64,000 nucleotides of DNA from a virus (lineage: Duplodnaviria > Caudoviricetes): positions 32,001 to 96,000 of IMG/VR virus record IMGVR_UViG_3300028048_000072. One strand, 5' to 3'. Shown piece after piece: positions 30,096 through 39,802 of the stretch. The notes under the pieces were generated by a model. It had not been told where the DNA came from. It searched no databases and saw only the letters and a list, made by a program, of their open reading frames with translations. A program made the translations under genes and the position numbers. The first letter of the stretch is position 1; each line of letters begins with the position of its first letter.

Positions 30096-32705
30096 ATGAT
30101 AAATGAAATCGAATTTTCTGATAACGTCAGAAGTAAAATGCTCAATGGTATGGAAAAGGTTTCTAAAGTAGTAAGTGCTACACTCGGCCCGAAAGGAAGA
30201 TTGATTGCCGTTGAACAACAGTTGGGTTCACCTATTTTGTCAAAAGATGGTGTTTTTTGTGCAAAAGCCGTAGGTAAACTCAAAGACCCTTATGAAAATA
30301 TGGGTGCAAATCTTTTGAAAGAAGTTTCTTCTAAAACTAATGAAACTGATGGTGACGGCCCGCAACCTCTTTATGCAAAAGTTCTTACACCAAATGGATT
30401 TGTAAGAATTGATTCATTGAAAATTGGTGATGAAATTTGTAGAATTGATGGAACTACACAGAAAGTAATTGGTATTTTCCCTAAAGGAAAGAAAGAACTT
30501 TATAGGGTTCATTTTGACCACGGGGATTATGTTGAATGTTGTGCAGACCATTTGTGGACAGTAACAAATACAAATTCTTCATCTAAAAAATTGCAAACAT
30601 TAACTGTTTCTGAAATGATTGAAAAAGGAATTTATAGAAATAATAAAGAATATAAATCTAGTAAATTTTTTGTTCCAAACAATAAATCATTTTTTAATAC
30701 AAAAAATGTTGTACTTGACCCATTCTTAGTTGGTGTTTTGATTGGAGATGGTTGTTTTACAGAAAAACAAGATTATTGTGAAATTACTATCGGATACAAA
30801 AAAGAACAGAAAATTATTCCAAATTTGGTTTTGCCTGAAGGAATTTTCCTAAAGAGAAATGATTATCCTAAGCGAAACGCATGTAGATTTAAGTTTGAAG
30901 GTAAAACAAAAGATGGTAAAACAATGCTCGATTTGTTGAAAGATATTGGTTTGTTTGGATGTAATTCATTTACAAAACACATTCCTACAGATTATTTGAT
31001 TAATTCTTTTGAAAATCGTGAAAAATTGTTGAATGGTCTTATGGTTACAGACGGTTATCTTAATTATAAAAATCTATTTGAATATAGCACCGTAAGTAAA
31101 CAGTTGTGTGATGATATTGTTTTCTTGTTTAAGAGTTTGGGAATTGATGTTTATACACAATTAAAAGAAAGAAGTATTGAAAAAGGTGCTTTTTCTAATA
31201 CACCCGTTTATAGAATTTCTCAATTGAAAGGATATAAATATGGTAGACGAATTACTGCTATTGAAGATATGCACAAAGAAGAGGAAATGATGTGTATTAA
31301 AGTTAGTGGTGATGAAGAACTTTATATTACTGATAATTTTATCACTACTCATAATACTTCAACTTCTTGTGTACTCGCATTTGCAATGGCAAAAGAAGGA
31401 ATGAAAGCCGTTAGTGGTGGTGTACCACCTATTTCACTTAAACGTGGTATTGATAAAGCATGTGAAAAAGTTATTGAAGAAATTAAGAAAGTAACAAAAC
31501 CAATTGAAAGTAATGAAGATTTAATTCATATTGCTACAATTTCTGCAAACAATGATGAATCTATCGGTTCTATTATTGCCGAAGCCGTAGAAAAAGTTGG
31601 TAAAAACGGTGTAATTACTACGGGCGAATCTTCTACATCAGAAACAACAATTGAATTTATGGAAGGTATGCGATTTGATAGAGGTATGTTGTCACCATAC
31701 TTTACTACAAATAATACTAATGGACTTATTTGTGAATATAAAAATCCATATATTCTTGTTACTGATAAAAATATTACAAATATTAATGAAATTGCAGGTA
31801 TTCTACAAACTGTATCTCAAAGTGGTAGACCGTTGGCAATCGTTTGTGATGACATGTCTAATGAAGTTCTTACTGTTTTGGTAAAGAATAAACTTAATGG
31901 TGCATTGCCATCAGTAGTTGTAAAAGCACCTTATTTTGGTGAAGTAAAAAAAGCCTTTTTGGAAGATTTGGCTATTTTGGTCGGGGCAACATACTTTACA
32001 GATGCAATCGGAAATTCCATCAATAAATGTACTATTAATGATTTGGGTTCATCTGAATCAATTAAATGTACTAAAGATGATACAATTATTGTTGGTGGAA
32101 ATGGTGATTCTGCAGAAATTGAAAATCGTGTAAATATTATTAATTCACAGATTAAAGTTGAAAAGAAAGATTTTAATTTGGAAAAACTTAGAGAACGATT
32201 AGCAAAATTGTGTGGTGGAGTTGCTATTGTAAAAGTTGGTGCAAATTCTGATACAGAAATGGAAGAAAAGAAACATCGTGTAGAAGATACTTTGTCTGCA
32301 ACACGTTCTGCTCTTGAAGGTGGAATTGTTTGTGGTGGTGGAGTAACACTTGCTAGAATTTCAAAAACACTTTCTGATGTAAAAACAGAAGATGAAGATG
32401 AAAAGCGTGGTGTAGAAATTGTTGCTAAGGCTCTTACAGAATTAGTAAAGTGTATTGCTAATAATGCGGGATTTAATGGTGATGTTATTCTTAATAAGAT
32501 TCTTGAAGATGATAATATGAATAACGGATATGATTTTAGTAAGCATACTCTTGTTTATGAAAATATCTTTGATAAAGGTATTGTAGACCCTGCAAATGTA
32601 GAAATTTCTGCTATTAAAAACGCATCTTCCGTAGTAGGACTTATTCTTATGACAGAAGGTGGAATTGTCATGGTAAATGACGAAAACGATAAATGTAAAA
32701 AATAA
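30096..32705 (+). CDS. groEL: chaperonin GroEL with intein
   Basis: TLGPKGR, SKDG, GDG|TST, EGMRFDRG, KAPYFG, GGG; RBS before ATG 30096. Confidence 0.95.
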   Translation: MINEIEFSDNVRSKMLNGMEKVSKVVSATLGPKGRLIAVEQQLGSPILSKDGVFCAKAVGKLKDPYENMGANLLKEVSSKTNETDGDGPQPLYAKVLTPNGFVRIDSLKIGDEICRIDGTTQKVIGIFPKGKKELYRVHFDHGDYVECCADHLWTVTNTNSSSKKLQTLTVSEMIEKGIYRNNKEYKSSKFFVPNNKSFFNTKNVVLDPFLVGVLIGDGCFTEKQDYCEITIGYKKEQKIIPNLVLPEGIFLKRNDYPKRNACRFKFEGKTKDGKTMLDLLKDIGLFGCNSFTKHIPTDYLINSFENREKLLNGLMVTDGYLNYKNLFEYSTVSKQLCDDIVFLFKSLGIDVYTQLKERSIEKGAFSNTPVYRISQLKGYKYGRRITAIEDMHKEEEMMCIKVSGDEELYITDNFITTHNTSTSCVLAFAMAKEGMKAVSGGVPPISLKRGIDKACEKVIEEIKKVTKPIESNEDLIHIATISANNDESIGSIIAEAVEKVGKNGVITTGESSTSETTIEFMEGMRFDRGMLSPYFTTNNTNGLICEYKNPYILVTDKNITNINEIAGILQTVSQSGRPLAIVCDDMSNEVLTVLVKNKLNGALPSVVVKAPYFGEVKKAFLEDLAILVGATYFTDAIGNSINKCTINDLGSSESIKCTKDDTIIVGGNGDSAEIENRVNIINSQIKVEKKDFNLEKLRERLAKLCGGVAIVKVGANSDTEMEEKKHRVEDTLSATRSALEGGIVCGGGVTLARISKTLSDVKTEDEDEKRGVEIVAKALTELVKCIANNAGFNGDVILNKILEDDNMNNGYDFSKHTLVYENIFDKGIVDPANVEISAIKNASSVVGLILMTEGGIVMVNDENDKCKK
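30360..31355 (+). mobile_element. class 3 intein (Pro1) with LAGLIDADG endonuclease in GroEL
   Basis: PQPL start, DHLW, MMCIKV, THN|T; VGVLIGDG and NGLMVTDG. Confidence 0.9.
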
Positions 32706-32789
32706 AAATTAAAAAAATTGATATTTGACATAAAACAGACTTCGCAAGATGCCATCCCTTTAGGGTGGCATTTAGAAGTCTGAAATGAG

Positions 32790-32818
32790 TTGACACATTC
32801 GGAATTATGTTTTATAAT
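32790..32818 (+). promoter_or_regulatory. consensus sigma70 promoter for tnpB
   Basis: TTGACA-17-TATAAT. Confidence 0.8.
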
Positions 32819-32877
32819 TTGACCAATGTGAAGTTATTTTGAATTTAGGTCAAAATAAAAATAACTATTTATAGAGT

Positions 32878-34176
32878 ATGAGCAAGACAAATATTTCGTT
32901 GGAAGAACGACAGAAAATTAAAGATTCTCTTAAAGCGACTAAAGAAAGACGAAAAACTCAAACAATCAAAGTGTTTGAATTAAAAGTTAATTGTCACCAT
33001 ATATCCAAAGAAACATTCAAAAAATTAAACGATTGCTTCAAGCAAGCAAAATGGGTATATAACGATATGCTCAATTATGGAAATATTGAAGGAAACGATA
33101 TTTTCAAATATGAGTATTTAGACCATAAGACCGTTACAAGATTAGATAAGGATGGAAATAAAATAAATGAAAAAATTGATTTGGCAGTTGTTTTTCATAG
33201 AGCGATTGTTAAACAAGTAAAGACAAATATTTCTAATCTTGTAAAAGCAAAGAAAAAAGGACTGAGAGTTGGAAAATTAAAGTATGTTTCTGAAATAAAC
33301 TCCATTCCGATTATAACAGGATTTATTAAAATCAAGAATAAGAAACGTATTACAATTCCATCATTTAAGAATCTTTGTGTTTACGGGTTAGACCAATTAG
33401 ATAAATACAAAAATTATGAAATTGCGGATGGAAGACTAATTAGAAAAGCAAGTGGTTTTTATGTTAAAATTTCAGTCTGTATAAATAAAAGTGAATTCAA
33501 GTCTGAAAAAATCGGCAAATCGGTTGGATTGGATTTTGGAATAAGAAAGAATATCACGACTTCTGACGGTGAGAAGTTCAACTGTAATGTGCTAGAAAGT
33601 GAACAACTTAAATTTCTGCAAAAACAACTGCATAGAAAGCAAGAAGGTTCAAAGCGATATTACAGACTTCTTAATCAAATCAGAAGAGAGTATGAACATC
33701 TTTCAAATAAGAAAACGGATGAAGCAAACAAACTTGTTCATTATCTGAAAACAAACAACGATGTTATTTATTTTCAAGATGAACAGATTACCAATTGGAA
33801 GAAAAAGAAACGAAACAAGAAAAATGGAAAAGTGAATTATCGTCTCTCATTTGGCAAGCAGATTCAGAGTTCTTATTTGGGAAGAGTAAAGAATAAACTT
33901 GTTTCTTTAGAGAAAGAAGGGAAGTCTTTCAAAATATCCAAGTGGAAAGCAACTACAAAGTTTTGTCCGAATTGTGGATGTCTTAATGACATTGGTGATT
34001 CTGAAACTTATGTTTGTGAATGTGGCTACACAATGGATAGAGATGTTCATGCTTCAATGAATATTTTAATGTTTGGCTCGACTAAGAGAGCTGAGTGGTT
34101 GGAACAACCCTCCGTAGAGGAATTGGTCAATACAAGTTTGAACGCTAGTCGTTCAGATTGCAAATCAGTCCGTTGA
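32878..34176 (+). CDS. tnpB: TnpB RNA-guided nuclease family protein
   Basis: VGLDFG RuvC-I, TTKFCPNCG..CECG zinc finger, DRD RuvC-III. Confidence 0.9.
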   Translation: MSKTNISLEERQKIKDSLKATKERRKTQTIKVFELKVNCHHISKETFKKLNDCFKQAKWVYNDMLNYGNIEGNDIFKYEYLDHKTVTRLDKDGNKINEKIDLAVVFHRAIVKQVKTNISNLVKAKKKGLRVGKLKYVSEINSIPIITGFIKIKNKKRITIPSFKNLCVYGLDQLDKYKNYEIADGRLIRKASGFYVKISVCINKSEFKSEKIGKSVGLDFGIRKNITTSDGEKFNCNVLESEQLKFLQKQLHRKQEGSKRYYRLLNQIRREYEHLSNKKTDEANKLVHYLKTNNDVIYFQDEQITNWKKKKRNKKNGKVNYRLSFGKQIQSSYLGRVKNKLVSLEKEGKSFKISKWKATTKFCPNCGCLNDIGDSETYVCECGYTMDRDVHASMNILMFGSTKRAEWLEQPSVEELVNTSLNASRSDCKSVR

Positions 34177-34267
34177 AGCGAAAACAAAAAGTCACCACCT
34201 TTTAAGGTGGTGTGTAGTTCACATAATAAACTATGTTAAATATCAATTTTTAATGGAGGAACTAAAA

Positions 34268-34504
34268 ATGATTAAACCAATCAACAAAAGTATTTTGGTA
34301 AAAAAGATTACTGAAAACACAAACAAATTTGTTATTGAAACAAATCGTACAAAAGGTGAAGTTGTAGCCGTTGCTAAGGATTGTGAATCTGAAATCAAGG
34401 TAGGAGATATTGTTTATTTTGATGATAACTCTACACAAGATTTGGATGGATTTAAGATTATTAGAGAAAATTATGTCATCGCTATCGCAGATGATAAGGA
34501 GTAA
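34268..34504 (+). CDS. groES: co-chaperonin GroES-like
   Basis: MIKPINKSILVK, GEVVAV, IKVGDIVYF, IIRENYVIA. Confidence 0.8.
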   Translation: MIKPINKSILVKKITENTNKFVIETNRTKGEVVAVAKDCESEIKVGDIVYFDDNSTQDLDGFKIIRENYVIAIADDKE

Positions 34505-34506
34505 AT

Positions 34507-34701
34507 ATGTGGGAAAAGGTAAAAGCGTTTTTTGCTAACAAAATCGTGAAGATTGTTGAATGGGTGGTTCTTGCCGTAGTTATGGTAGGACTTATTATTG
34601 GTGGTGTAACAACAGATACTATTACGGGTTCAGTTGCTCTTGTAGGTGGTATTGTTGGTGCAATCGCATTGTTTGTGAAATTTATTTCAGATAATTCTTA
34701 A
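34507..34701 (+). CDS. small two-TM membrane protein (holin-like)
   Basis: Two hydrophobic helices. Confidence 0.55.
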   Translation: MWEKVKAFFANKIVKIVEWVVLAVVMVGLIIGGVTTDTITGSVALVGGIVGAIALFVKFISDNS

Positions 34702-35019
34702 TTTTTCACTTAACAAAGATGATGTTATTTGTTATAATAACATCATCTTACAAATAAAGAGGAAATAAACTTGAAAAAATTTTTGTACAAAGTAAAAAAG
34801 AATGGTGAAGTTTTCACGGGAAATGTTGTATCTTTTGATGACAATCTTTCTAAAGAAGAATTGGACAAAGCAGAAAGAGATTATCTTGAAAATCTTTCTA
34901 AAGAAAAAGGTAAAACATTTTTGTTCAAAGATAAATAAGTTTATTAATTAGTGGTAAAGATGTAGCCAAAATCCAAATCAATGAATCACTTAAAATAAAT
35001 TGTTGATTTGGTAATTTAT

Positions 35020-35090
35020 TCTTGGATAGTGTAATGGTAGCACATCAGTTTTTGGTACTGAATGTGAGGGTTCGAATCCTTCTCCGAGAA
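35020..35090 (+). tRNA. tRNA-Gln(TTG)
   Basis: tcttgga/tccgaga acceptor stem, tcagt-TTTTGGT-actga, GTTCGAATC. Confidence 0.9.
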
Positions 35091-35215
35091 CTTTAATTAT
35101 AAACACAGATGTTGTTTCCAACTAAATGTTTAGGTGATAATCCTACGGATGAAAGATATTGGAGTAACGACCAATAACAAATACTAATGTGTTTATAATT
35201 TATTTAGAGGATAAT

Positions 35216-35584
35216 ATGTTAGATGTAAAACATTCTACCAATGAATATAAATGTTACACAAATTTAAATAAGAAAGATGGAAGATTAAGATGTGTTTTGG
35301 TTTATACAGATGGTCATAAAGAAAATATATCTTATCCGAAATTGATAATGGAGCAATATTTAGGTAGAAAATTAAATAAAAATGAACAAGTTCATCATAT
35401 AGATGAAAATCCATTGAATAATGATATTAATAATTTACAAATTTTAAAATTGGGAGAACATCAAAAATTACATAATCCTAGTAAATTTATAGAATATTAT
35501 AAAATATGTGAGTTTTGTAAAAAAGAATTTTTAATAACATTGAAACGTCATAGAAATCATCGAGGAAAAAAAATGGTTTTGTAG
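35216..35584 (+). CDS. HNH homing endonuclease; C-terminal zinc finger cut by frameshift at A8 run
   Basis: EQYLGRKL..VHHIDENPLNNDINNL..H; CEFC, then WFCSRQC in another frame. Confidence 0.85.
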   Translation: MLDVKHSTNEYKCYTNLNKKDGRLRCVLVYTDGHKENISYPKLIMEQYLGRKLNKNEQVHHIDENPLNNDINNLQILKLGEHQKLHNPSKFIEYYKICEFCKKEFLITLKRHRNHRGKKMVL

Positions 35585-35630
35585 TAGACAATGTGTTGGA
35601 AAATATTATAATATATAATATATAATTTTT

Positions 35631-35712
35631 GCACCTTTGGCGGAATTGGTAGACGCATTTGGTTTAAGCCCAAACGATGAAAATCATAAAGGTTCAAGTC
35701 CTTTAAGGTGTA
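35631..35712 (+). tRNA. tRNA-Leu(TAA)
   Basis: GGCGGAATTGGTAGACGC D-arm, tttgg-TTTAAGC-ccaaa, long variable arm, GTTCAAGTC. Confidence 0.92.
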
Positions 35713-35735
35713 TACTTTTAATAAGTGGAGATAAA

Positions 35736-36347
35736 ATGATTGAAGTTGAATTGATTACAAAAAATCCAATGTATCAAGTAAAAGACATGAATTGTCTTAC
35801 TATTGGAAAACGTGCCATTAGAGATAAATTTTATTCAGACGAAGAACAAGAAAAATTTTGGTATGATATGTTTATTTCAGAACATTCTACTTTAAGAACT
35901 GTTCAATTTAGAATTGTAGATACAAACATGAGAAGTGATATTTCTGCTCAACTTTTGCGTGCTACAAAAAATCATCCACAACCATATTGTCAATCACATA
36001 GACCCGATTGGAATGGTGGTGAAAAGAGAAAACCATCTAATGAAACATTTGGATATTTTGCACATATTCACAATGCAGAAAGTTTTATGGCTATGTGTAG
36101 ACAAAGATTGTGTATGGCTACAATGAAAGAAACTAGAGAAAAAGTTTTGGAAATTTTGGAAGTAATGCAGAATTCTGATGAAGCCTTTTTTAGAGTATTA
36201 GCAAAATGTTGTGTACCTAATTGTGTATATCGATGTGGATGCTCTGAAAAAAGAACAAATTGTGGACTTATTCATAAAATATCTATGGGAAATCTTACAG
36301 ATATTAAAGAACGATATAAAAATTATTATGATTGGAGAAATAAATAA
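35736..36347 (+). CDS. ThyX/Thy1-like flavin-dependent thymidylate synthase
   Basis: SEHSTL, SAQLLR, QSHR, RLC..A..ETR, PNCVYR; start after tRNA at ATG 35736. Confidence 0.65.
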   Translation: MIEVELITKNPMYQVKDMNCLTIGKRAIRDKFYSDEEQEKFWYDMFISEHSTLRTVQFRIVDTNMRSDISAQLLRATKNHPQPYCQSHRPDWNGGEKRKPSNETFGYFAHIHNAESFMAMCRQRLCMATMKETREKVLEILEVMQNSDEAFFRVLAKCCVPNCVYRCGCSEKRTNCGLIHKISMGNLTDIKERYKNYYDWRNK

Positions 36348-36349
36348 TT

Positions 36350-36574
36350 ATGAATTATGATGTAGTTGGTATCATTATTGTTGTGTTTATTCTTTGGGAA
36401 TCATTGGGCATTATCACTTATAAACTTTGGAATAAAATGTTTGATATTTCTTATTTCAAAGAAGGTGCTATTGCTACATCAATGATGTTATCAATTACTG
36501 TAATTCCTTTTATTTTTATTTATAAACTTTATAAGATTATTTTAAACCTTGTGAAATTCATAAAAAGCAAATAA
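36350..36574 (+). CDS. membrane protein
   Basis: Two hydrophobic segments. Confidence 0.55.
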   Translation: MNYDVVGIIIVVFILWESLGIITYKLWNKMFDISYFKEGAIATSMMLSITVIPFIFIYKLYKIILNLVKFIKSK

Positions 36575-36585
36575 CTATTTTTGTT

Positions 36586-36984
36586 ATGGATAAGAATACT
36601 ATTAAAGAATTAAATATTGAGATTAAATATTATCTTAAATCTATAGGTAAAATGTTGATTGATGCGGGAAATGATTTCGACATTGAAAAATATAATGAAC
36701 CTAAAGATATTGAAAAATGCAATCTTGTGGACTGTATTAAATACATTTGCTATGTCATCGCAATTAACGGTGATTATAGAAAAAATCCTATTCATTTCTT
36801 AATTAAAGATTTAAAAAGTGAAAACCATTGGCAACTTCAAATTTGGAAAATATTTGAAAATTCTGCATTGGATTTCGTATTACACTTTGCTAGACTTAGA
36901 CGTTCTAGGTTGCATAAGGATAAAAGTGGTAAATCGTTTGGGGATGTAAAAGGTTCAAATGTTCATATAGGAACACAAGTATAA
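36586..36984 (+). CDS. hypothetical protein, probably leaderless
   Basis: TAACTAT 7 nt before ATG. Confidence 0.6.
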   Translation: MDKNTIKELNIEIKYYLKSIGKMLIDAGNDFDIEKYNEPKDIEKCNLVDCIKYICYVIAINGDYRKNPIHFLIKDLKSENHWQLQIWKIFENSALDFVLHFARLRRSRLHKDKSGKSFGDVKGSNVHIGTQV

Positions 36985-36999
36985 ATTAAGGAGAATATT

Positions 37000-37272
37000 A
37001 TGAAAAAGTTTAGAGAATCAAATAACATTGGTGAAGTAACAGATTTAGTTTTTGATGCTACAGAAGGTAAAAAATTTACAACTACTGAAGCAATTGCGAA
37101 AGTATTGAAAGCACAAGGTCTTAAAATTGTGGAAATCGTGAGTTGTGAATATATTGTAATTAAATACAAAGATGATACTTATTTGGTATTTGTAACTGAT
37201 ACAAAACCAATTGAAGTTCTTTCTGTAGAAAATGATGTAAACTTTCATATCTTACCTAATGATGATGAATAA
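37000..37272 (+). CDS. hypothetical protein (N-terminal MKKFRES)
   Basis: ORF with AAGGAG RBS. Confidence 0.65.
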   Translation: MKKFRESNNIGEVTDLVFDATEGKKFTTTEAIAKVLKAQGLKIVEIVSCEYIVIKYKDDTYLVFVTDTKPIEVLSVENDVNFHILPNDDE

Positions 37273-37373
37273 TTAAAAAAAGTAAACCTAGATGAATAAT
37301 CTAGGTTTTATTATTTTTGCCTTAACCTTTTTCAAAATTTAATGTATAATAACTTTACATTAAATATAAAGGA

Positions 37374-37790
37374 GTGTTTGGTTATATGAGAACACATTAT
37401 GAAAGAACAACTAGAAAACCTAAAATGATTAAAACTATAAATCATGCTAAATCTATAAGCGATGATGAATTACTTAAAGTTTGTGCAGATTATTTTAATG
37501 AATTGGCAAATGGTTATTATTTTGAATATGAAGAAGTTCATTTTGATGAAAATACTAAAACTTATCTTGAATCAGATGGAAGTAAATCATATTCATCAGT
37601 AAATGATTTTTGTAATGAAATTGCTTATTGGCTATCATGTTATTATGAAAGTGGTAACACACGACACGAAGATGAATATAATGACCGAAAAGCATTTTTG
37701 AAATTTCTTGAAGTATTCAAACCGTATTGTGAAAAAATCAATCTTGATTGGATTCCAATAAATAAGGATACAGAATTTTTATTTAAGTAA
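37374..37790 (+). CDS. hypothetical protein
   Basis: ORF track. Confidence 0.6.
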   Translation: MFGYMRTHYERTTRKPKMIKTINHAKSISDDELLKVCADYFNELANGYYFEYEEVHFDENTKTYLESDGSKSYSSVNDFCNEIAYWLSCYYESGNTRHEDEYNDRKAFLKFLEVFKPYCEKINLDWIPINKDTEFLFK

Positions 37791-37801
37791 AAGGAGTTAT
37801 T

Positions 37802-38056
37802 ATGACTAGATATATGAAACCTTCCATTGATGCTAATGTTCAGATGATTTTGGAAGATGCTAAAAAGAATAAAAATAGAAAAGAAGAAGAATGTGTTTAT
37901 CCTAGAGCATGGTCTTTATTGGCTAGTGCGATTATGAAAAGTGCAAAAAAAGATAATGATGTTGAATTTTTTAAATCTGATTGGTGCGAATGTATTAATG
38001 AATTGGCAACATTCTTTGTAAGAAGCAAAACATCAACTTATGTAAAAATAAAGTAA
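37802..38056 (+). CDS. hypothetical protein
   Basis: ORF with AAGGAG RBS. Confidence 0.6.
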   Translation: MTRYMKPSIDANVQMILEDAKKNKNRKEEECVYPRAWSLLASAIMKSAKKDNDVEFFKSDWCECINELATFFVRSKTSTYVKIK

Positions 38057-38407
38057 AAAAGGATTATTAAATTATGATTAAATTAATTGATTATGATACA
38101 TTGCAAGTAACATTTATGAAATATAATTTTATAAATCTTATCAAATGTGAATTTCTAACAATTTGGGATGCTAGAAGATATAATTATTTTGTAATGTATT
38201 AAGGAGTAATAAATGCCTTTTATATTAAAAATTATTGTTACCATGTTTGGATTACTTTTATCTTTAGGTGGTTTAGTTGATGCTAAAGGAAAAAATACAG
38301 AAACTTTAGTATCATTTATGTGTTATGTAATTTGTCATAGTGCAATTATTCTAGGTATGATTTTCTTGCCGTGGATAATTTAATAATAAATATTGTGGAG
38401 GAATAAT

Positions 38408-39748
38408 ATGAATTTTACAGAAATAATGGATACTTGTAATAAGGTGAAATCAATCTCATCAACAAACGAAAAGAAAGAATTTCTTGCATCAATTACTGAT
38501 GAAGATTTCAAAAAATTTCTTAAATGGGAATTTGATAGTAGCATTATAACGGGAATTTCAGATAAAAAAATTAATAAAATTTTCGATGATGATGTTTTCA
38601 GTGATTGGGCAACATGTGACGTAAAAGAAATTTTTGATGTATTCAGATATTTGGAAAATCATAAAACGGGAACAGATGAAGATATTCGTACAATTCAGTG
38701 GTACAGAAATCATCTTTGTGAGAATGATGAAGAAAAAGAATTCTTTAATAGAGTTGTTAGTAAGGATTTGCCGATTGGTTGTGATGTAAAAATTTTGAAT
38801 TCTGTTTGGAATGGTCTTATTCCTACATTTAACGTAGGATTATGTGATAAATATTATGGAAATGAAAAGATAATTGATGGAACAGTAGACTATCTCATCG
38901 ATACTAAAACGGATGGTTGCCGTTGTGTTGCAATTAAAGAAAATGGAAGTGTAAGACTTACTTCAAGAGGTGGTAAACCTTGGCTTGGAATGATTGAAAT
39001 TGAAAAAGCAATTAAAGATTTACCACAAGATAATATTGTATTTGATTCGGAAATTACTATTAAAAATCCACAGAATTATCCTTCATTGGAAGTATATGAT
39101 AGAACGATTAAAATTGTAACAACTAAATTAGAAGAAAAAGTAGGATTGCAGTTGAATTGTTTTGATTATATGACACTTGAAGAATGGAACAATCAAGAAT
39201 CAAAATTCCCTTGTATTGAAAGAAAGGCACAACTTGAAAAAATTATAGAAGGAAATGAATTCCTTGTATATGTTGAAAATCTTTATGTTGGGAAAGACCC
39301 TAATGTTATTGAAGAATTGATGAATACAATTGTTGAAGATAATGATATGGAAGGATTGGTTGTTAAGGTGGCTAATTCTCCATATCAGTGGAAAAGAACA
39401 AAGAATTGGCTCAAAGTTAAAAAAATGTTGCGTTCTGATGCTGATGGTAAAGAAGTAGACGCTACAATTGTTGGATACTATGAGGGTAAAAATAAAAATA
39501 AAGGAAAACTTGGTGGATTGTATTGTACTATGGAACACCCAACTTATGGACATTTGGAATTCAAATGTGGTGGAGGTTTCAGTGATTATATGAGAGAATA
39601 TCTGTTTTCTCTAGGTGATAAACTTATAGGAAGAACAATTTCTGTACAGTATTTTGAAGCAAGTAAGAATTCTAAAACCAATGTACAGTCGGTTAGATTT
39701 CCTGTATTCCTTGAATTAAAGGAAGAAGGACAAGAACCGAATAATTAA
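38408..39748 (+). CDS. ATP-dependent DNA ligase
   Basis: KTDGCR, FDSE, FD, EGLVVK, WLKVK, RFP. Confidence 0.92.
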   Translation: MNFTEIMDTCNKVKSISSTNEKKEFLASITDEDFKKFLKWEFDSSIITGISDKKINKIFDDDVFSDWATCDVKEIFDVFRYLENHKTGTDEDIRTIQWYRNHLCENDEEKEFFNRVVSKDLPIGCDVKILNSVWNGLIPTFNVGLCDKYYGNEKIIDGTVDYLIDTKTDGCRCVAIKENGSVRLTSRGGKPWLGMIEIEKAIKDLPQDNIVFDSEITIKNPQNYPSLEVYDRTIKIVTTKLEEKVGLQLNCFDYMTLEEWNNQESKFPCIERKAQLEKIIEGNEFLVYVENLYVGKDPNVIEELMNTIVEDNDMEGLVVKVANSPYQWKRTKNWLKVKKMLRSDADGKEVDATIVGYYEGKNKNKGKLGGLYCTMEHPTYGHLEFKCGGGFSDYMREYLFSLGDKLIGRTISVQYFEASKNSKTNVQSVRFPVFLELKEEGQEPNN

Positions 39749-39802
39749 TTGATTAATTAATTAAAAATCAATATAATCATATTACTTTGGAGGATTAATT
39801 TA

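Larger units (their letters stand above)
32730..34222 (+). mobile_element. IS200/IS605-family (IS1341-like, tnpB-only) element
   Basis: Left hairpin 32736-32782; right hairpin caccacctt/aaggtggtg ending TAGTTCAC; left boundary after TTGAC is approximate. Confidence 0.75.

Noticed and set aside
29955-30283. Minus-strand ORFs over tRNA-Arg and groEL
   Set aside because: Antisense shadows with no RBS or motifs; the same applies to most short opposite-strand ORFs in the track (e.g. 11368, 28352, 46937, 62459)
30040-35100. HDV-like (theta) ribozymes after tRNAs
   Set aside because: The tRNA 3' trailers are AT-rich and lack the nested double-pseudoknot pattern
35637-35735. N-terminal extension of the ThyX-like ORF
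   Set aside because: It is the tRNA-Leu sequence read as protein; the real start is ATG 35736 after GGAG
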